From contig JARYMM010000013.1 in the NCBI GenBank assembly GCA_029907105.1, forward strand, positions 3,433 through 67,432: a stretch of 64,000 nucleotides of DNA, in the 5' to 3' direction. The notes under the pieces were generated by a model. It was not told where the DNA came from. It was given only the letters and a program-made list of their open reading frames with translations, and searched no databases. Positions 55,921-64,000 of this stretch are shown in pieces. The position numbers and the translations under genes are program-made. Source of the stretch: Anaerolineae bacterium. GTDB lineage: Bacteria; Chloroflexota; Anaerolineae; UBA3071. Position 1 is the first letter of the stretch. Each line of letters opens with the position of its first letter.

Positions 55921-56907
55921 TCATCCACTGAGCCAGCCGTGCTGGCAATACCAGCGCGCCGTCTGGGCAAAGCCTGCCGCCAGGTCAACCTGGGCCACGA
56001 AGCTCAGCTCGCGCCGCGCCTTGGAGGCATCGCAGAGCCAGTAGCGCTGCTTCAACTCCTGCACCTTCTGCTCGTTGAGCAGGAATGGGCGCCCGGGCAA
56101 TCTGGCCCCAATCCCCCCCAAAGCGGCGACCGCTTCCAGCCAGCGCACGGGAACGACTATGCGCAAAGGCCGCCTGCCCAACACGACGGCGATGGTGTCC
56201 AGGAGCGCTTCCAGGTCATGAGCCTGGCCGTCGGAGGCGAAGTAGGTCTGGCCCACGGCCTGCTCGGCCTGCAATACCTGCAAAGCCAGCCGCACCAGGT
56301 CGCTGACGTGAATCACGCTGACCTGTTGCGTCCCCCCGCCCGGCAGTAGCTTCAGCCCCTTGTTCACTATGCGAAAGTAGGCCAGGATGTCCCGCTCACG
56401 CGGGCCGTAGATCGCCGCCGGCCGCAGGATGACCACCGGCAGCCGGTCGGCGTAAGCGCGCACAGCCTCTTCGCCGGCCAGCTTGCTGCGTCCGTAGTCG
56501 CTGACCGGATGTGGAGCGCAGGTCTCATCGGGCGGCTCAGAGCCCGCCGCCGGGCCGACCGCACTCAGGCTGGAACAGTAGACGAAGCGTTGCAGGCCGG
56601 GGTTCACCTGCCAGCACGCCTCTAGCAGCGAGCGGGTGCCCAGGGCGTTGACCCGGAAATAGGTCTCGGCATGGACGGCTTTGGTGGCGCCGGCCAGGTG
56701 ATACACGGCGTCCACGCCCCGACAGGCCCGCTCCAGGCTTTCCCGATCATCCAGCGCGCCATACACGAACTCCACCGGCAAGGCGGCGATAAAGGAGAGG
56801 TCGCTGCTGGGCCTGACCAGACAACGCACCTGGTGTCCCTCGGCCAGCAGCCCTTCCACCAGGTGCGATCCCACGAAGCCGTTGCCGCCGGTGACCAGGA
56901 TCAGCAT
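55921..56907 (-). CDS. NAD-dependent epimerase/dehydratase (extended SDR)
   Basis: MLILVTGGNGFVGSHLVEGLL Rossmann motif and a YGRSK catalytic Tyr-x3-Lys. Confidence 0.85.
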   Translation of the reverse strand: MLILVTGGNGFVGSHLVEGLLAEGHQVRCLVRPSSDLSFIAALPVEFVYGALDDRESLERACRGVDAVYHLAGATKAVHAETYFRVNALGTRSLLEACWQVNPGLQRFVYCSSLSAVGPAAGSEPPDETCAPHPVSDYGRSKLAGEEAVRAYADRLPVVILRPAAIYGPRERDILAYFRIVNKGLKLLPGGGTQQVSVIHVSDLVRLALQVLQAEQAVGQTYFASDGQAHDLEALLDTIAVVLGRRPLRIVVPVRWLEAVAALGGIGARLPGRPFLLNEQKVQELKQRYWLCDASKARRELSFVAQVDLAAGFAQTARWYCQHGWLSG

Positions 56908-57467
56908 TCCGCCTCCCCAGCCGGCGACCGGCTCTGTTCCTCCCCGGGCAGCGGGGGCAATTGCGTCACGTCGTTGAAGCCGAAATAGCGCAGGAACTCG
57001 AAGGTGGTGCCATAGAGGATGGGGCGTCCGGCCTGTTCCAGCCGACCCACGGGCTCGATGAGACCCCGGTAGAGCAGGGTGTTCAGGACGCTGTCGCAGT
57101 TGACCCCGCGGATGGCTTCGATCTGCGCCCGCGTCACCGGCTGGCGGTAGGCGACGATGGCCAGCGTCTCCAGGGCAGCCGCCGACAGCGTGCTGGAAAA
57201 CTCCAGGCCCAGGAAGCGCTCGATGTAGGGGGCGGCCTCCGGAGCGGTGACCAGTTGCACCCGCCCGTTCTGCTGTTGCAGGCGCAGGCCGCGGCCGTTG
57301 CAGCGGCCGGCCAGCTCGCCCAGGGCCTCTTCCACCTGCGCCGCCTCCACCTGCAGGGCCCGCGCCAGTTGCTCGACGGTGACCGGCCCTTCGGCCACGA
57401 AGAGGAGAGACTCCACCAGAGAGGCCAGGTGTTCTTTCTCAGGTGCCGTCGCCTCGCTCATATTCAT
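56901..57467 (-). CDS. scpB: Segregation and condensation protein B
   Basis: LVESLLFVAEGPVTVEQLA, two winged-helix repeats, AYRQPVTRAQIEAIRGVN..VLNTLLYRGLI. Confidence 0.85.
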   Translation of the reverse strand: MNMSEATAPEKEHLASLVESLLFVAEGPVTVEQLARALQVEAAQVEEALGELAGRCNGRGLRLQQQNGRVQLVTAPEAAPYIERFLGLEFSSTLSAAALETLAIVAYRQPVTRAQIEAIRGVNCDSVLNTLLYRGLIEPVGRLEQAGRPILYGTTFEFLRYFGFNDVTQLPPLPGEEQSRSPAGEAEC

Positions 57468-57490
57468 ACCATCTTCATCTCCTCCGCCCC

Positions 57491-58045
57491 CTATTCCTCC
57501 ACATAGGGTGCGTGGCGGATGCGCACGTTGGTCTTGCCCAGTTGCAGCCCCATGCGCTCCTCGATCACCTCCCGCGCCACGGCCACCACCTCGTCCGTTT
57601 TCATAGGCACGTCAATCTCGGGGCGCGTTTCCAGGTCCAGCACCACGTCCACCAGGCGGCCGCGGCTGGTCACATGCGGCGTGACGGCGACCACGTCGGC
57701 CAGGCGGGCGATGTGATAGATCAGGCGCTGGGAGACGGCATCGGTGGTGATGGCCGCCGTGCTGCCCTCGGCGGTGAGCAGGCGCACCGTGCCCGGCCGG
57801 CGCGGCCGCAGCTCCAGGAAGAGCAGGAAGCCGAAGACCAGCGCCGCCAGGATCACGGCCACTATGCGCAGGAGAGGGTACAGGAGGCGATTCGCTGCCC
57901 CCCATTGTGCCAGGCCCTCACTCCAGAGTTCCATGCTGCGCCCCAGCAGGTCCAGCGTTGCCGCCGGCGAGACGGCCAGGATGATGCACAGGAGCAGCAA
58001 GACGAAGAGCAGCAAAACGGTGACGATGCGGTTGAAAGCGTTCAT
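57491..58045 (-). CDS. AmaP-like membrane protein with an Asp23/Gls24-type C-terminal domain
   Basis: Two N-terminal TM segments, then the Asp23-like pattern ITTDAVSQRLIYHIARLADVVAV..VDVVLDLETRPEIDVP..VVAVAREVIEERMGLQLGKTNVRI. The ATG at 58045 overlaps the TPR gene stop (ATGA). Confidence 0.5.
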   Translation of the reverse strand: MNAFNRIVTVLLLFVLLLLCIILAVSPAATLDLLGRSMELWSEGLAQWGAANRLLYPLLRIVAVILAALVFGFLLFLELRPRRPGTVRLLTAEGSTAAITTDAVSQRLIYHIARLADVVAVTPHVTSRGRLVDVVLDLETRPEIDVPMKTDEVVAVAREVIEERMGLQLGKTNVRIRHAPYVEE

Positions 58046-59259
58046 GATTCCCCTCCGAGTTTCTTCCATTCATCAATCTGGGCCTGGAGCTGGTCGCCGA
58101 GCGGGTGGCCGATGGCCCTGGCGAAGTCGGCGGCCGGCTGAAAGTGGGCGATGGCCGCCTGCAGGTCGCCTCTGGCGGCGGCCAGTTGGCCCAGGGCGAT
58201 GTGAACGTTGGCGATACCGATCCCATCCTTGATCGCCTGGTACAGCGCTGCCGCCTGCTCCAGGAGCGCCACCCCCTCCTGCTCCAGGCCTGTGCTCAGC
58301 AACAGACGCCCCATGCTTAGATAGACGTTGGCCTCCCCCAGCCGGTCGCCCACCAACCGGTACAGGGTCAACGCCTCAGTCAGTGCGGCTTCTGCTTCGG
58401 ACCAGCGGTCACTATAGTAGCAAGCGCGACCAACCTGGAAGAGAGCCCCTGCGCGTGCCATAACCTGCCCCGCCTTAGCATACCATTGCGCGGCATCCTC
58501 GTAGGCCCTCCGTGCTTCCTCCCAACGGTAAGCACCCTCGTGGAGCACCCCCAGATCGTAGTAACTGCCAGCTATAGCAGCCGGATCGGGCCTGGACATA
58601 GCGCTCAATTCGGCCACGCGGCGTTGCAGCAAGGCGATGCGTTGCTCGCGATCTCGCTCGTCCTGCACCGGGATGGGCGGACGCAGATGGAGGCCGGTTG
58701 CCAGCATGATGCGGTCGGGGACATGCTGAGCCTCCGTACGCAACCCTGCACTCGATACCCGGCCGGGAAAGCGGAACACACCGCTCAGCCGGGAGTAGAA
58801 GTTGGGGGCGTGCTCCGCCAGTTGGCGCCAGCCGTACTCTGTAACCCACAGAATCAGGCGATGAGGCATCAGTGCCAGCAGTTCGCGCTCTAAGTCCAGG
58901 TAACCAAACAGAGCAGGAAAAGCCTCTTCAACGCCGGTCAGACAAACCACCGGTGGGCCATGGTCATCAATGGGCAAGGCTCGTAAAATTGGTAATGGAT
59001 CAGCACGGTCTGAACTCAGACGCTCCTCCAGGACAGGCAACGGGGCCAGAGCAGCACGCAACCGGGCTATGATCTGCTTTTGGATGATGGCGTTTTCGTA
59101 GAGAGCCAACGTCCAGGTACCGCCACTGGCATGGTGCAGCAGGGTGGTCAGCCGTGTCAGGTCATCTAGCTGGTTCTCGTTCGCTACCTGAGGCAGAGTT
59201 TCCAGGTTCGTGGGGTCGGGTCTCAGACCCGCCCCTACTGTCTGATTCTTCATCCTCAT
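58042..59259 (-). CDS. TPR-repeat protein (unknown N-domain plus ~6 TPR-like repeats); possibly the C-terminal part of a frameshifted STAND protein
   Basis: TPR-like repeats run from SYYDLGVLHEGAYRWEEARRAYEDA to IAHFQPAADFA. Candidate starts at 59259/59253 overlap the upstream NTPase ORF by ~95 nt. Confidence 0.6.
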   Translation of the reverse strand: MRMKNQTVGAGLRPDPTNLETLPQVANENQLDDLTRLTTLLHHASGGTWTLALYENAIIQKQIIARLRAALAPLPVLEERLSSDRADPLPILRALPIDDHGPPVVCLTGVEEAFPALFGYLDLERELLALMPHRLILWVTEYGWRQLAEHAPNFYSRLSGVFRFPGRVSSAGLRTEAQHVPDRIMLATGLHLRPPIPVQDERDREQRIALLQRRVAELSAMSRPDPAAIAGSYYDLGVLHEGAYRWEEARRAYEDAAQWYAKAGQVMARAGALFQVGRACYYSDRWSEAEAALTEALTLYRLVGDRLGEANVYLSMGRLLLSTGLEQEGVALLEQAAALYQAIKDGIGIANVHIALGQLAAARGDLQAAIAHFQPAADFARAIGHPLGDQLQAQIDEWKKLGGES

Positions 59260-60505
59260 ATAACTCCAGCAAATGCCACAGAACCGGGTGGACGTCGCAC
59301 CAAGGCTCGCCGTTGCCATACTCCAGGAGCGCACCATTGTACAGCAAGCGGCGTTCCTGCGGCTCGTTAGTAAGGCGGCGGTCAGCGTGGCGGGCGCGCA
59401 ACGTAGCGTAATCCTGACGACTGAGTGGACCAACCAGGTCGCGGCGCAGCAGGTTTACAGCCAGTTCAGCATCACTGCTGGTCAGCCGCTCAGGCGGCCG
59501 GCGACGGGCCTGGGCAATCACGGCCGTGCTCTGCACCAGCGTGACCAGGGAGGTGAGTTGCCCACCGCTGGCTTGCACCAGCAGGTCCAAGGCATCCTGA
59601 TCAATCAGGCGATCCTCAAGGCGGGCCAGGACCAATCGGCGCAGGGCCGGTGGACCATCGGGATCTGGCCTGCCATCACGGTGGCGCAGGGCAAAGTTAG
59701 GGAACACTTCGCAGGCGGCGAAATTGCGCCGTATTGTGTCAAAATCATCGGAGAAGCGCAAGGCGTTGGGAAAAGTGAAAATTGCCGCCGTGCGCGGGGC
59801 GATGAGGGTTGCTGCCCGATCACGGAAAATGCTCTGTGCAGCCTCCAGGTCCACCTTATCCAGGCCCTCGATGACCAGAAGCAGACGACGCTCACCTCGT
59901 CGTTCGACCTGTTCGATGACCCAATCTAGCCGTTGGATCAACTCCGGCATACGCAGGTCCAGTTGCTCATTCAGTTGCTGTCGCGTGATGGCGGATTGCT
60001 TGACGCCAGCCTCGACCTGAGCCATGAGAAAGCTGAGCCTGACCTGGACACTCGCTTCAGCATCGGCCGGACGAAACTCCAACCCGGCCACCAGGCGATT
60101 CCACCATGTCTGTAAGTCCTCCAGGCCATCGCGCAACGGCTTACTCAGAGGGCGCGGCAGCAATTTGCCGGCGATAGCGCGTTGTGTGACCTGGGTACTG
60201 ACGGCTAACATCAGGTCTATGTAGTTCAAGTTAGTGCGACCAGTCACGTCCAACGCCGAGACACCGATGGCGTGAAAGCGATCGGTCAGCGCCTCGGCCA
60301 GCTTGTTGAGCTCCGTGGTCTTGCCGCTGCCGCGAGGCCCGATGAACAGCAGCTTGACTGGCTCAAGCTGGGTACGCAGGAACACTTCCAAACGGTGACG
60401 GGGTGTGTCCTGGCGTTCGATAAACCAATAGTCTAACTCAGCACCGGTCAAGGGCTTGCGTGGGTCAAAGAAGCGGATCGCTTCTGTCAAGTCCTGTGCT
60501 CTCAT
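59162..60505 (-). CDS. P-loop NTPase, STAND/AAA-like (Walker A, Walker B, winged-helix-like C-terminus)
   Basis: ATG at 60505 with a GGAGGAGAG SD. Walker A GPRGSGKTT, Walker B RLLLVIEGLDKVD. The tail SRGGSETRPH is encoded by a family B palindromic element. Confidence 0.7.
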   Translation of the reverse strand: MRAQDLTEAIRFFDPRKPLTGAELDYWFIERQDTPRHRLEVFLRTQLEPVKLLFIGPRGSGKTTELNKLAEALTDRFHAIGVSALDVTGRTNLNYIDLMLAVSTQVTQRAIAGKLLPRPLSKPLRDGLEDLQTWWNRLVAGLEFRPADAEASVQVRLSFLMAQVEAGVKQSAITRQQLNEQLDLRMPELIQRLDWVIEQVERRGERRLLLVIEGLDKVDLEAAQSIFRDRAATLIAPRTAAIFTFPNALRFSDDFDTIRRNFAACEVFPNFALRHRDGRPDPDGPPALRRLVLARLEDRLIDQDALDLLVQASGGQLTSLVTLVQSTAVIAQARRRPPERLTSSDAELAVNLLRRDLVGPLSRQDYATLRARHADRRLTNEPQERRLLYNGALLEYGNGEPWCDVHPVLWHLLELYEDEESDSRGGSETRPHEPGNSASGSEREPAR

Positions 60506-60613
60506 GACCTGTTCTCTCCTCCATAAAAGACCATGCTTTCCAAAGACTGGGCCGCGAACAATTCCGATCCCGATCATACACCGAACCGGCTTCTCAGGCT
60601 GCTGCCTGATGGA

Positions 60614-60642
60614 GATTATACACCACATCGGCCATTACGTCC
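60614..60642 (-). promoter_or_regulatory. Sigma70-like promoter for the NTPase-TPR operon
   Basis: On the minus strand: TGGACG, 17 nt, TATAAT (preceded by gtg), about 100 nt upstream of the ATG at 60505. Confidence 0.45.
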
Positions 60643-60806
60643 AGTCTGAGCGAAGCCCAGGGCGCATTTCAATTTCTTGGCGAGTTATGGGCTTGCTGCC
60701 GCCATCTCCACTCCCCCCTCCCCAACCCCTCCCACCAGGGGAGGGGAATTCGGGCAAGTCCCCCCTTGACGGGGGGTTAGACGACGGGTGTCACCTTCTC
60801 CAACAC

Positions 60807-60948
60807 GTAACTACCTACCCTGTCACTGCGAGCGAAGCGAAGCAGTCTCCTGGAATCGAAACAGGAGATTGCTTCGCCCCTTCGGGGCTCGCAATGACGC
60901 CAGCCCACCGCTATATCTCACGTTGCAAGGCCGAAGGTAGGCAGTTAC
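60807..60948. mobile_element. 142-bp MITE, copy B (inverted relative to copy A), with a perfect 8-bp TSD tccaacac
   Basis: The reverse complement equals 49395-49536 on reading. tccaacac lies at 60799-60806 and 60949-60956. It supplies the TAA stop of the YfhO-like CDS. Confidence 0.88.
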
Positions 60949-63911
60949 TCCAACACACTGAAATGCACCCCGAAGCCCAGGCCGGCCAGCAGAACGGCCA
61001 GCGCGGCCAGGCTGATGCCCACCCCCCAGCGCAGCGAGGCCGGCCGGTAACGGAATTCCACCACATGCTCGCCTGCTTCCAGGGCCACGGCCCGGAAAAG
61101 GAGATTGGCCCGCAGGATGGCCGCCGGCTGGCCATCCACCCACGCCTGCCAGCCCGGATAATACGTGTCGCTGAGCACCAGATAGCCCGGCTCGGCAAGC
61201 GCGGCGCGCACCACCACCCGCTCCGGCTCATACACCTGCACGAATGCGGATTGCGGAATGCGGAATGCGGAATGCGACTCGCGACCCGCGCCTTGCGACC
61301 CGCGATTTGCGATCTGCGCTTCCGGCCCCGCCAGGATCGCTTCCCGCGCCGCATCGAAGGCGGGATCGGCCAGAACAGCCAGGGCTGCCTCGTCGTCGGG
61401 CACCAGGCGGGCACGGTGCACGACGTAGGCCCGCGGCAGCAGGGCCAGGTTCTCGTACACCTTCACGTCGCCGGAGTGCACGCGGGCGAAATGGCCGTCC
61501 ACGTCCAGCGCCCAGTGCGCCCCCGTGCGTCGGTCTATCAGGCTGAGGCCGCGCAGGACGAATTGACCGGCCGGCAATAGCGCCCGCACGGTCAACCGCT
61601 GCGGCCGCAGGGGAGCGGCGAAGTCCAGCACGGCCAGATAGTCCTGCCCGACGGCCTGCTCTGGCCAGGGGCGGGCCACCCGTGCCGGCGCGTGGGCCGC
61701 CGCGCCGGGCTCATAGAGGCCCTCGGAGGTGTGCACACCCGCCCGCAGCGTGAGGTGCTCCACATGGCCCGCCCCGTCGTCGAGCACAATCTCGGCCACC
61801 GCGGCGCCGTCGGGCAGCGTCGCCGCTCCCTGCAAGTGGGAAACGACGCCCAAAGCAGTGGCGCTGGCCGCGGGGAGCCTTTCCAGCGCCGTCTCGGCTG
61901 TGCTGTCGGCACCCAGGGCGACGCGATGTTGCAGGTCGTAGTAGACGTCGTCCAGCCACAGGTCGTGCAGCTTGTCGGTGATAACGTACTTGACGTTGAG
62001 CAGGTTCAGCAACCGCAACGGAGGGATGCTCTTGAGCTGCTCGCGCAGCCGGCCGTCGGGGGAGAGGTCGGCTTCGTCCAGGAAGAGCCGCTGCAGCATG
62101 ACGTAGCGGGCCAGCGGCAGCACGCCGCCATCATAGCCGTCCACGGCGGGGATGCGATACAAAAGCGGCAGGTTGGGGGCCAGGATCTCCTGCCATTTGC
62201 TGGCCACGACCAGGTCGTACACCGCCTGCGGCGGCAGTTGATCACCATAGAGATGCTTCAGCTCCGCCAGGTCGCCGGGGTCCCAAGTGATGTCGGAGAG
62301 GCTGAGGAAGCGATACAGGCCGGGGTCGCTCAGGAGGTGCGCCGGCGCCGTGCGCAGCGAGCGAATGGCCTCCGGCGCTGTGGGATGGGCATGCGGCAAG
62401 GCCCGGCTGGCCGCCGTCAGCTCGATCAGCAGGGCCAGCGGCAGGAGCAGGGGCAGCGCCCGGCGCACCGCCCGCGTCCGCTGCCCGATGACGATGAAAG
62501 CCACGGCCACCGCCGCCGCGCCGCCCCAGGCTGCCCAGGTCACCCAGCCCGGCTTGCGCCACCATGCAAGCAAAGCCAATCCCAAAACAGCCAAGAGTAT
62601 TCCAATGCCCCAAACCCTCTTTGACAGGCCACGAACTTTGGATTGGGGGCTTTGAGCTTTGAGCTTTGAGCTTTGGATTTGTTCCGCGCCGAGGCCGGCC
62701 AGCATGGCCACGCCGAAGGTGTAAAGGAACATCCAGCGGGCGGGAGCGCGGAAGAGGCTGAAGCCGGGCACGAGCTTGTAGAGCAGGAAGGTGGCCGGGT
62801 TGTAGGCCCCCAGCGCCAGCAGGAAGCCAAGGCCCGCCAGCACCAGGAAGCGGCGGCGAGCCCAAGCGGGTCGGCCCCGCCAGGCCCCCCAGGCGGCCAG
62901 GGCCAGCCCCAGCACGCCGACGTAGGCCACGTACTCGGTGAACCCCTCCGTGCCGAAGGCCCGCCCCAGGTCCTCGCCGTAGGCGGGCAGCAGCGTGTAG
63001 AGCAGCAGGCGAGGCCTGAGCGAGAAGGAGACCGCCTCGCGGTAGGAGAGGCCGCCGGCGCGTATGGAAAGGCGGGAAAGCTCCCAGGTAGGCAGAAGCT
63101 GTGCCGCCGCCAGGGCCAGCCCCAGCACCAGCGCCGTTATGTAAACCGCCACTCGAATGCGGATTGCAGATTGCAGATTGCGGATTGCGGATTGCAGATT
63201 GCGGACTGCGGATTGCAGATTGCGGATTGCAGGCGGCCAAAATCCATAGACGGCCAATCCAAACAGGTTGATGTACGCCGCCTGTGTGTGTCCGGCCAGC
63301 AATTGTAGCGCCACCGCCGCTCCCAAGGCCAACACCGCCCACCACGAGCCAACAAATCGGCGAACCAGCGATTCTCGCCGACTCGCTGATTCGCTGACAC
63401 GTGGATCCCCCACAGCGACATCCCAGAAAAGAAGGAGCAGCGGGAACCAGGCCCCGGCACTGAGCTGATTGACGTGTTCCACCTGGCCACCCAGGAAGCC
63501 GCTGAAGCCGAAGGTGGCGGCGGCCACCCAGGCCGCTGCGCGGCTCAGGCCGATACAGCGCCGGGCGTAGCCGTAGGTGAAGGCCGCCGCCAGCCAGACG
63601 TGCAGCACGGCCGACCAGGCCAGCGCCTTTGGCGCCCACAGGGTGACGAAGAGCCAGTTGAGCGGGTAAAGCACACCGGCCTGGCTGTTGGCCAGGAAGG
63701 GCACGCCGAGGAAGAGGTAGGGGTTCCAGAGAGGCAGCCGCCCCTGGCGCAGGGCAGCATTGGCATAGTCGCGATAGGGCGTGAAATAGGTGAAGGCATC
63801 CCCGCCGGCGAGCACCAGGTTGGTGCCCACCAGCGCCCAGAAGATGCCGAGCGTCGCCGCCGCCAGGGCGATGAGCGCCAGGCTGTCCAGCAGGGCTGCC
63901 CGCCGGCTCAC
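60945..63911 (-). CDS. YfhO-family polytopic membrane protein (putative glycosyl transferase/glycopolymer modification)
   Basis: 988 aa, GTG start overlapping the upstream stop (GTGA). [45 protein letters not shown] is YfhO-like. More than 10 TM segments and a large C-terminal extracytoplasmic domain. It carries three in-frame word-repeat inserts. Confidence 0.7.
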   Translation of the reverse strand: MSRRAALLDSLALIALAAATLGIFWALVGTNLVLAGGDAFTYFTPYRDYANAALRQGRLPLWNPYLFLGVPFLANSQAGVLYPLNWLFVTLWAPKALAWSAVLHVWLAAAFTYGYARRCIGLSRAAAWVAAATFGFSGFLGGQVEHVNQLSAGAWFPLLLLFWDVAVGDPRVSESASRRESLVRRFVGSWWAVLALGAAVALQLLAGHTQAAYINLFGLAVYGFWPPAIRNLQSAVRNLQSAIRNLQSAIRIRVAVYITALVLGLALAAAQLLPTWELSRLSIRAGGLSYREAVSFSLRPRLLLYTLLPAYGEDLGRAFGTEGFTEYVAYVGVLGLALAAWGAWRGRPAWARRRFLVLAGLGFLLALGAYNPATFLLYKLVPGFSLFRAPARWMFLYTFGVAMLAGLGAEQIQSSKLKAQSPQSKVRGLSKRVWGIGILLAVLGLALLAWWRKPGWVTWAAWGGAAAVAVAFIVIGQRTRAVRRALPLLLPLALLIELTAASRALPHAHPTAPEAIRSLRTAPAHLLSDPGLYRFLSLSDITWDPGDLAELKHLYGDQLPPQAVYDLVVASKWQEILAPNLPLLYRIPAVDGYDGGVLPLARYVMLQRLFLDEADLSPDGRLREQLKSIPPLRLLNLLNVKYVITDKLHDLWLDDVYYDLQHRVALGADSTAETALERLPAASATALGVVSHLQGAATLPDGAAVAEIVLDDGAGHVEHLTLRAGVHTSEGLYEPGAAAHAPARVARPWPEQAVGQDYLAVLDFAAPLRPQRLTVRALLPAGQFVLRGLSLIDRRTGAHWALDVDGHFARVHSGDVKVYENLALLPRAYVVHRARLVPDDEAALAVLADPAFDAAREAILAGPEAQIANRGSQGAGRESHSAFRIPQSAFVQVYEPERVVVRAALAEPGYLVLSDTYYPGWQAWVDGQPAAILRANLLFRAVALEAGEHVVEFRYRPASLRWGVGISLAALAVLLAGLGFGVHFSVLE
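61242..61318. repeat. Heptamer/word repeats (ggaatgc x4, then gcgaYYY words) inside the YfhO-like CDS
   Basis: gaatgcggattgcggaatgcggaatgcggaatgcgactcgcgacccgcgccttgcgacccgcgatttgcgatctgcgc, translated [25 protein letters not shown]. Confidence 0.8.
62634..62672. repeat. Heptamer repeat (tgagctt x3 plus flanks) inside the YfhO-like CDS
   Basis: actttggattgggggctttgagctttgagctttgagctttgg, translated [12 protein letters not shown]. Confidence 0.75.
63155..63232. repeat. Heptamer tandem repeat (gattgcR, ~11 units) inside the YfhO-like CDS
   Basis: gaatgcggattgcagattgcagattgcggattgcggattgcagattgcggactgcggattgcagattgcggattgcagg, translated as (A)IRNLQSA x3. Confidence 0.85.
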
Positions 63912-64000
63912 GGCGCACCTCCGCTCCAGGCCATGGCCCCCGCCTCTTCGATCACATAAAGGACAAAGGAGCGGCTGCCATCGCCGCGATAGGCGGTAAA
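63908..64000 (-). CDS. 3' end of an unidentified upstream gene (truncated by window edge)
   Basis: Open frame [30 protein letters not shown] with stop TGA at 63908-63910, overlapping the YfhO-like GTG start. Confidence 0.4.
   Translation of the reverse strand, partial: FTAYRGDGSRSFVLYVIEEAGAMAWSGGAP

Noticed and set aside
59210-59238. Claim that the degenerate palindrome copy contains a definite 1-nt insertion that caused the NTPase/TPR frameshift.
   Set aside because: The arm gacccgaccccac has the same length as the canonical gacccgcccctac, so two substitutions explain it equally well. The frameshift position cannot be pinned down from sequence alone. The fusion remains a hypothesis.
1-64000. 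tRNA, rRNA, tmRNA, RNase P or riboswitch genes in the larger intergenic regions (5851-6132, 13367-14083, 30500-30886, 39059-39766, 44588-44772, 60506-60806).
   Set aside because: I could not fold any segment into a cloverleaf or recognise conserved riboswitch cores by eye. These regions are dominated by the repeat families described. A covariance-model scan (Infernal/Rfam, tRNAscan-SE) would be the decisive test.

Overview
High-GC bacterial chromosomal window, about mid-60s percent GC by eye. Visibly lower-GC patches lie at ~20.2-20.95 kb, ~39-46 kb and ~58-60.5 kb. I support about 55 protein-coding genes and found no rRNA, tRNA or CRISPR array. Gene content and repeat style suggest a filamentous Chloroflexota-like organism, but that is inference only.

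Housekeeping genes:
- scpA and scpB, which are about 55 kb apart
- argF, cdaA-cdaR, der, hflX and mutY
- a pstS-C-A-B-B-phoU operon
- two tandem S41 Ctp peptidases

Accessory content:
- a 1351-aa multidomain peptidoglycan hydrolase
- a PemK/MazF toxin-antitoxin pair
- a secreted S8-LamG protease
- a sugar ABC transporter with a GH51 arabinofuranosidase
- a glycyl-radical enzyme with its activase and an Fe-S protein
- GH13, two GT4 genes and an SPT-like alpha-oxoamine synthase
- a P-loop NTPase with a TPR protein
- a YfhO-like membrane protein

The most unusual signals:
1. An overlapping gene pair encodes XRE-type HTH domains fused to Hfq/Sm-like C-terminal modules.
2. A STAND-like NTPase ORF and a TPR ORF overlap by ~95 nt exactly at a palindromic repeat, and a single-nt shift would fuse them.
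3. Three related GC-rich palindromic element families (shared flanks GTAGGGGCG...CGCCCCTAC) sit between genes and also in frame inside at least seven CDSs.
4. A 142-bp MITE occurs in two identical inverted copies with 8-bp target-site duplications. One copy truncates the YfhO-like gene by six codons.
5. Heptamer and octamer tandem word repeats are translated in frame inside two enzymes.
6. A perfect 101-bp tandem duplication includes the start codon of an M28 peptidase gene.

All functional calls rest on motif recognition by eye. No searches were run.
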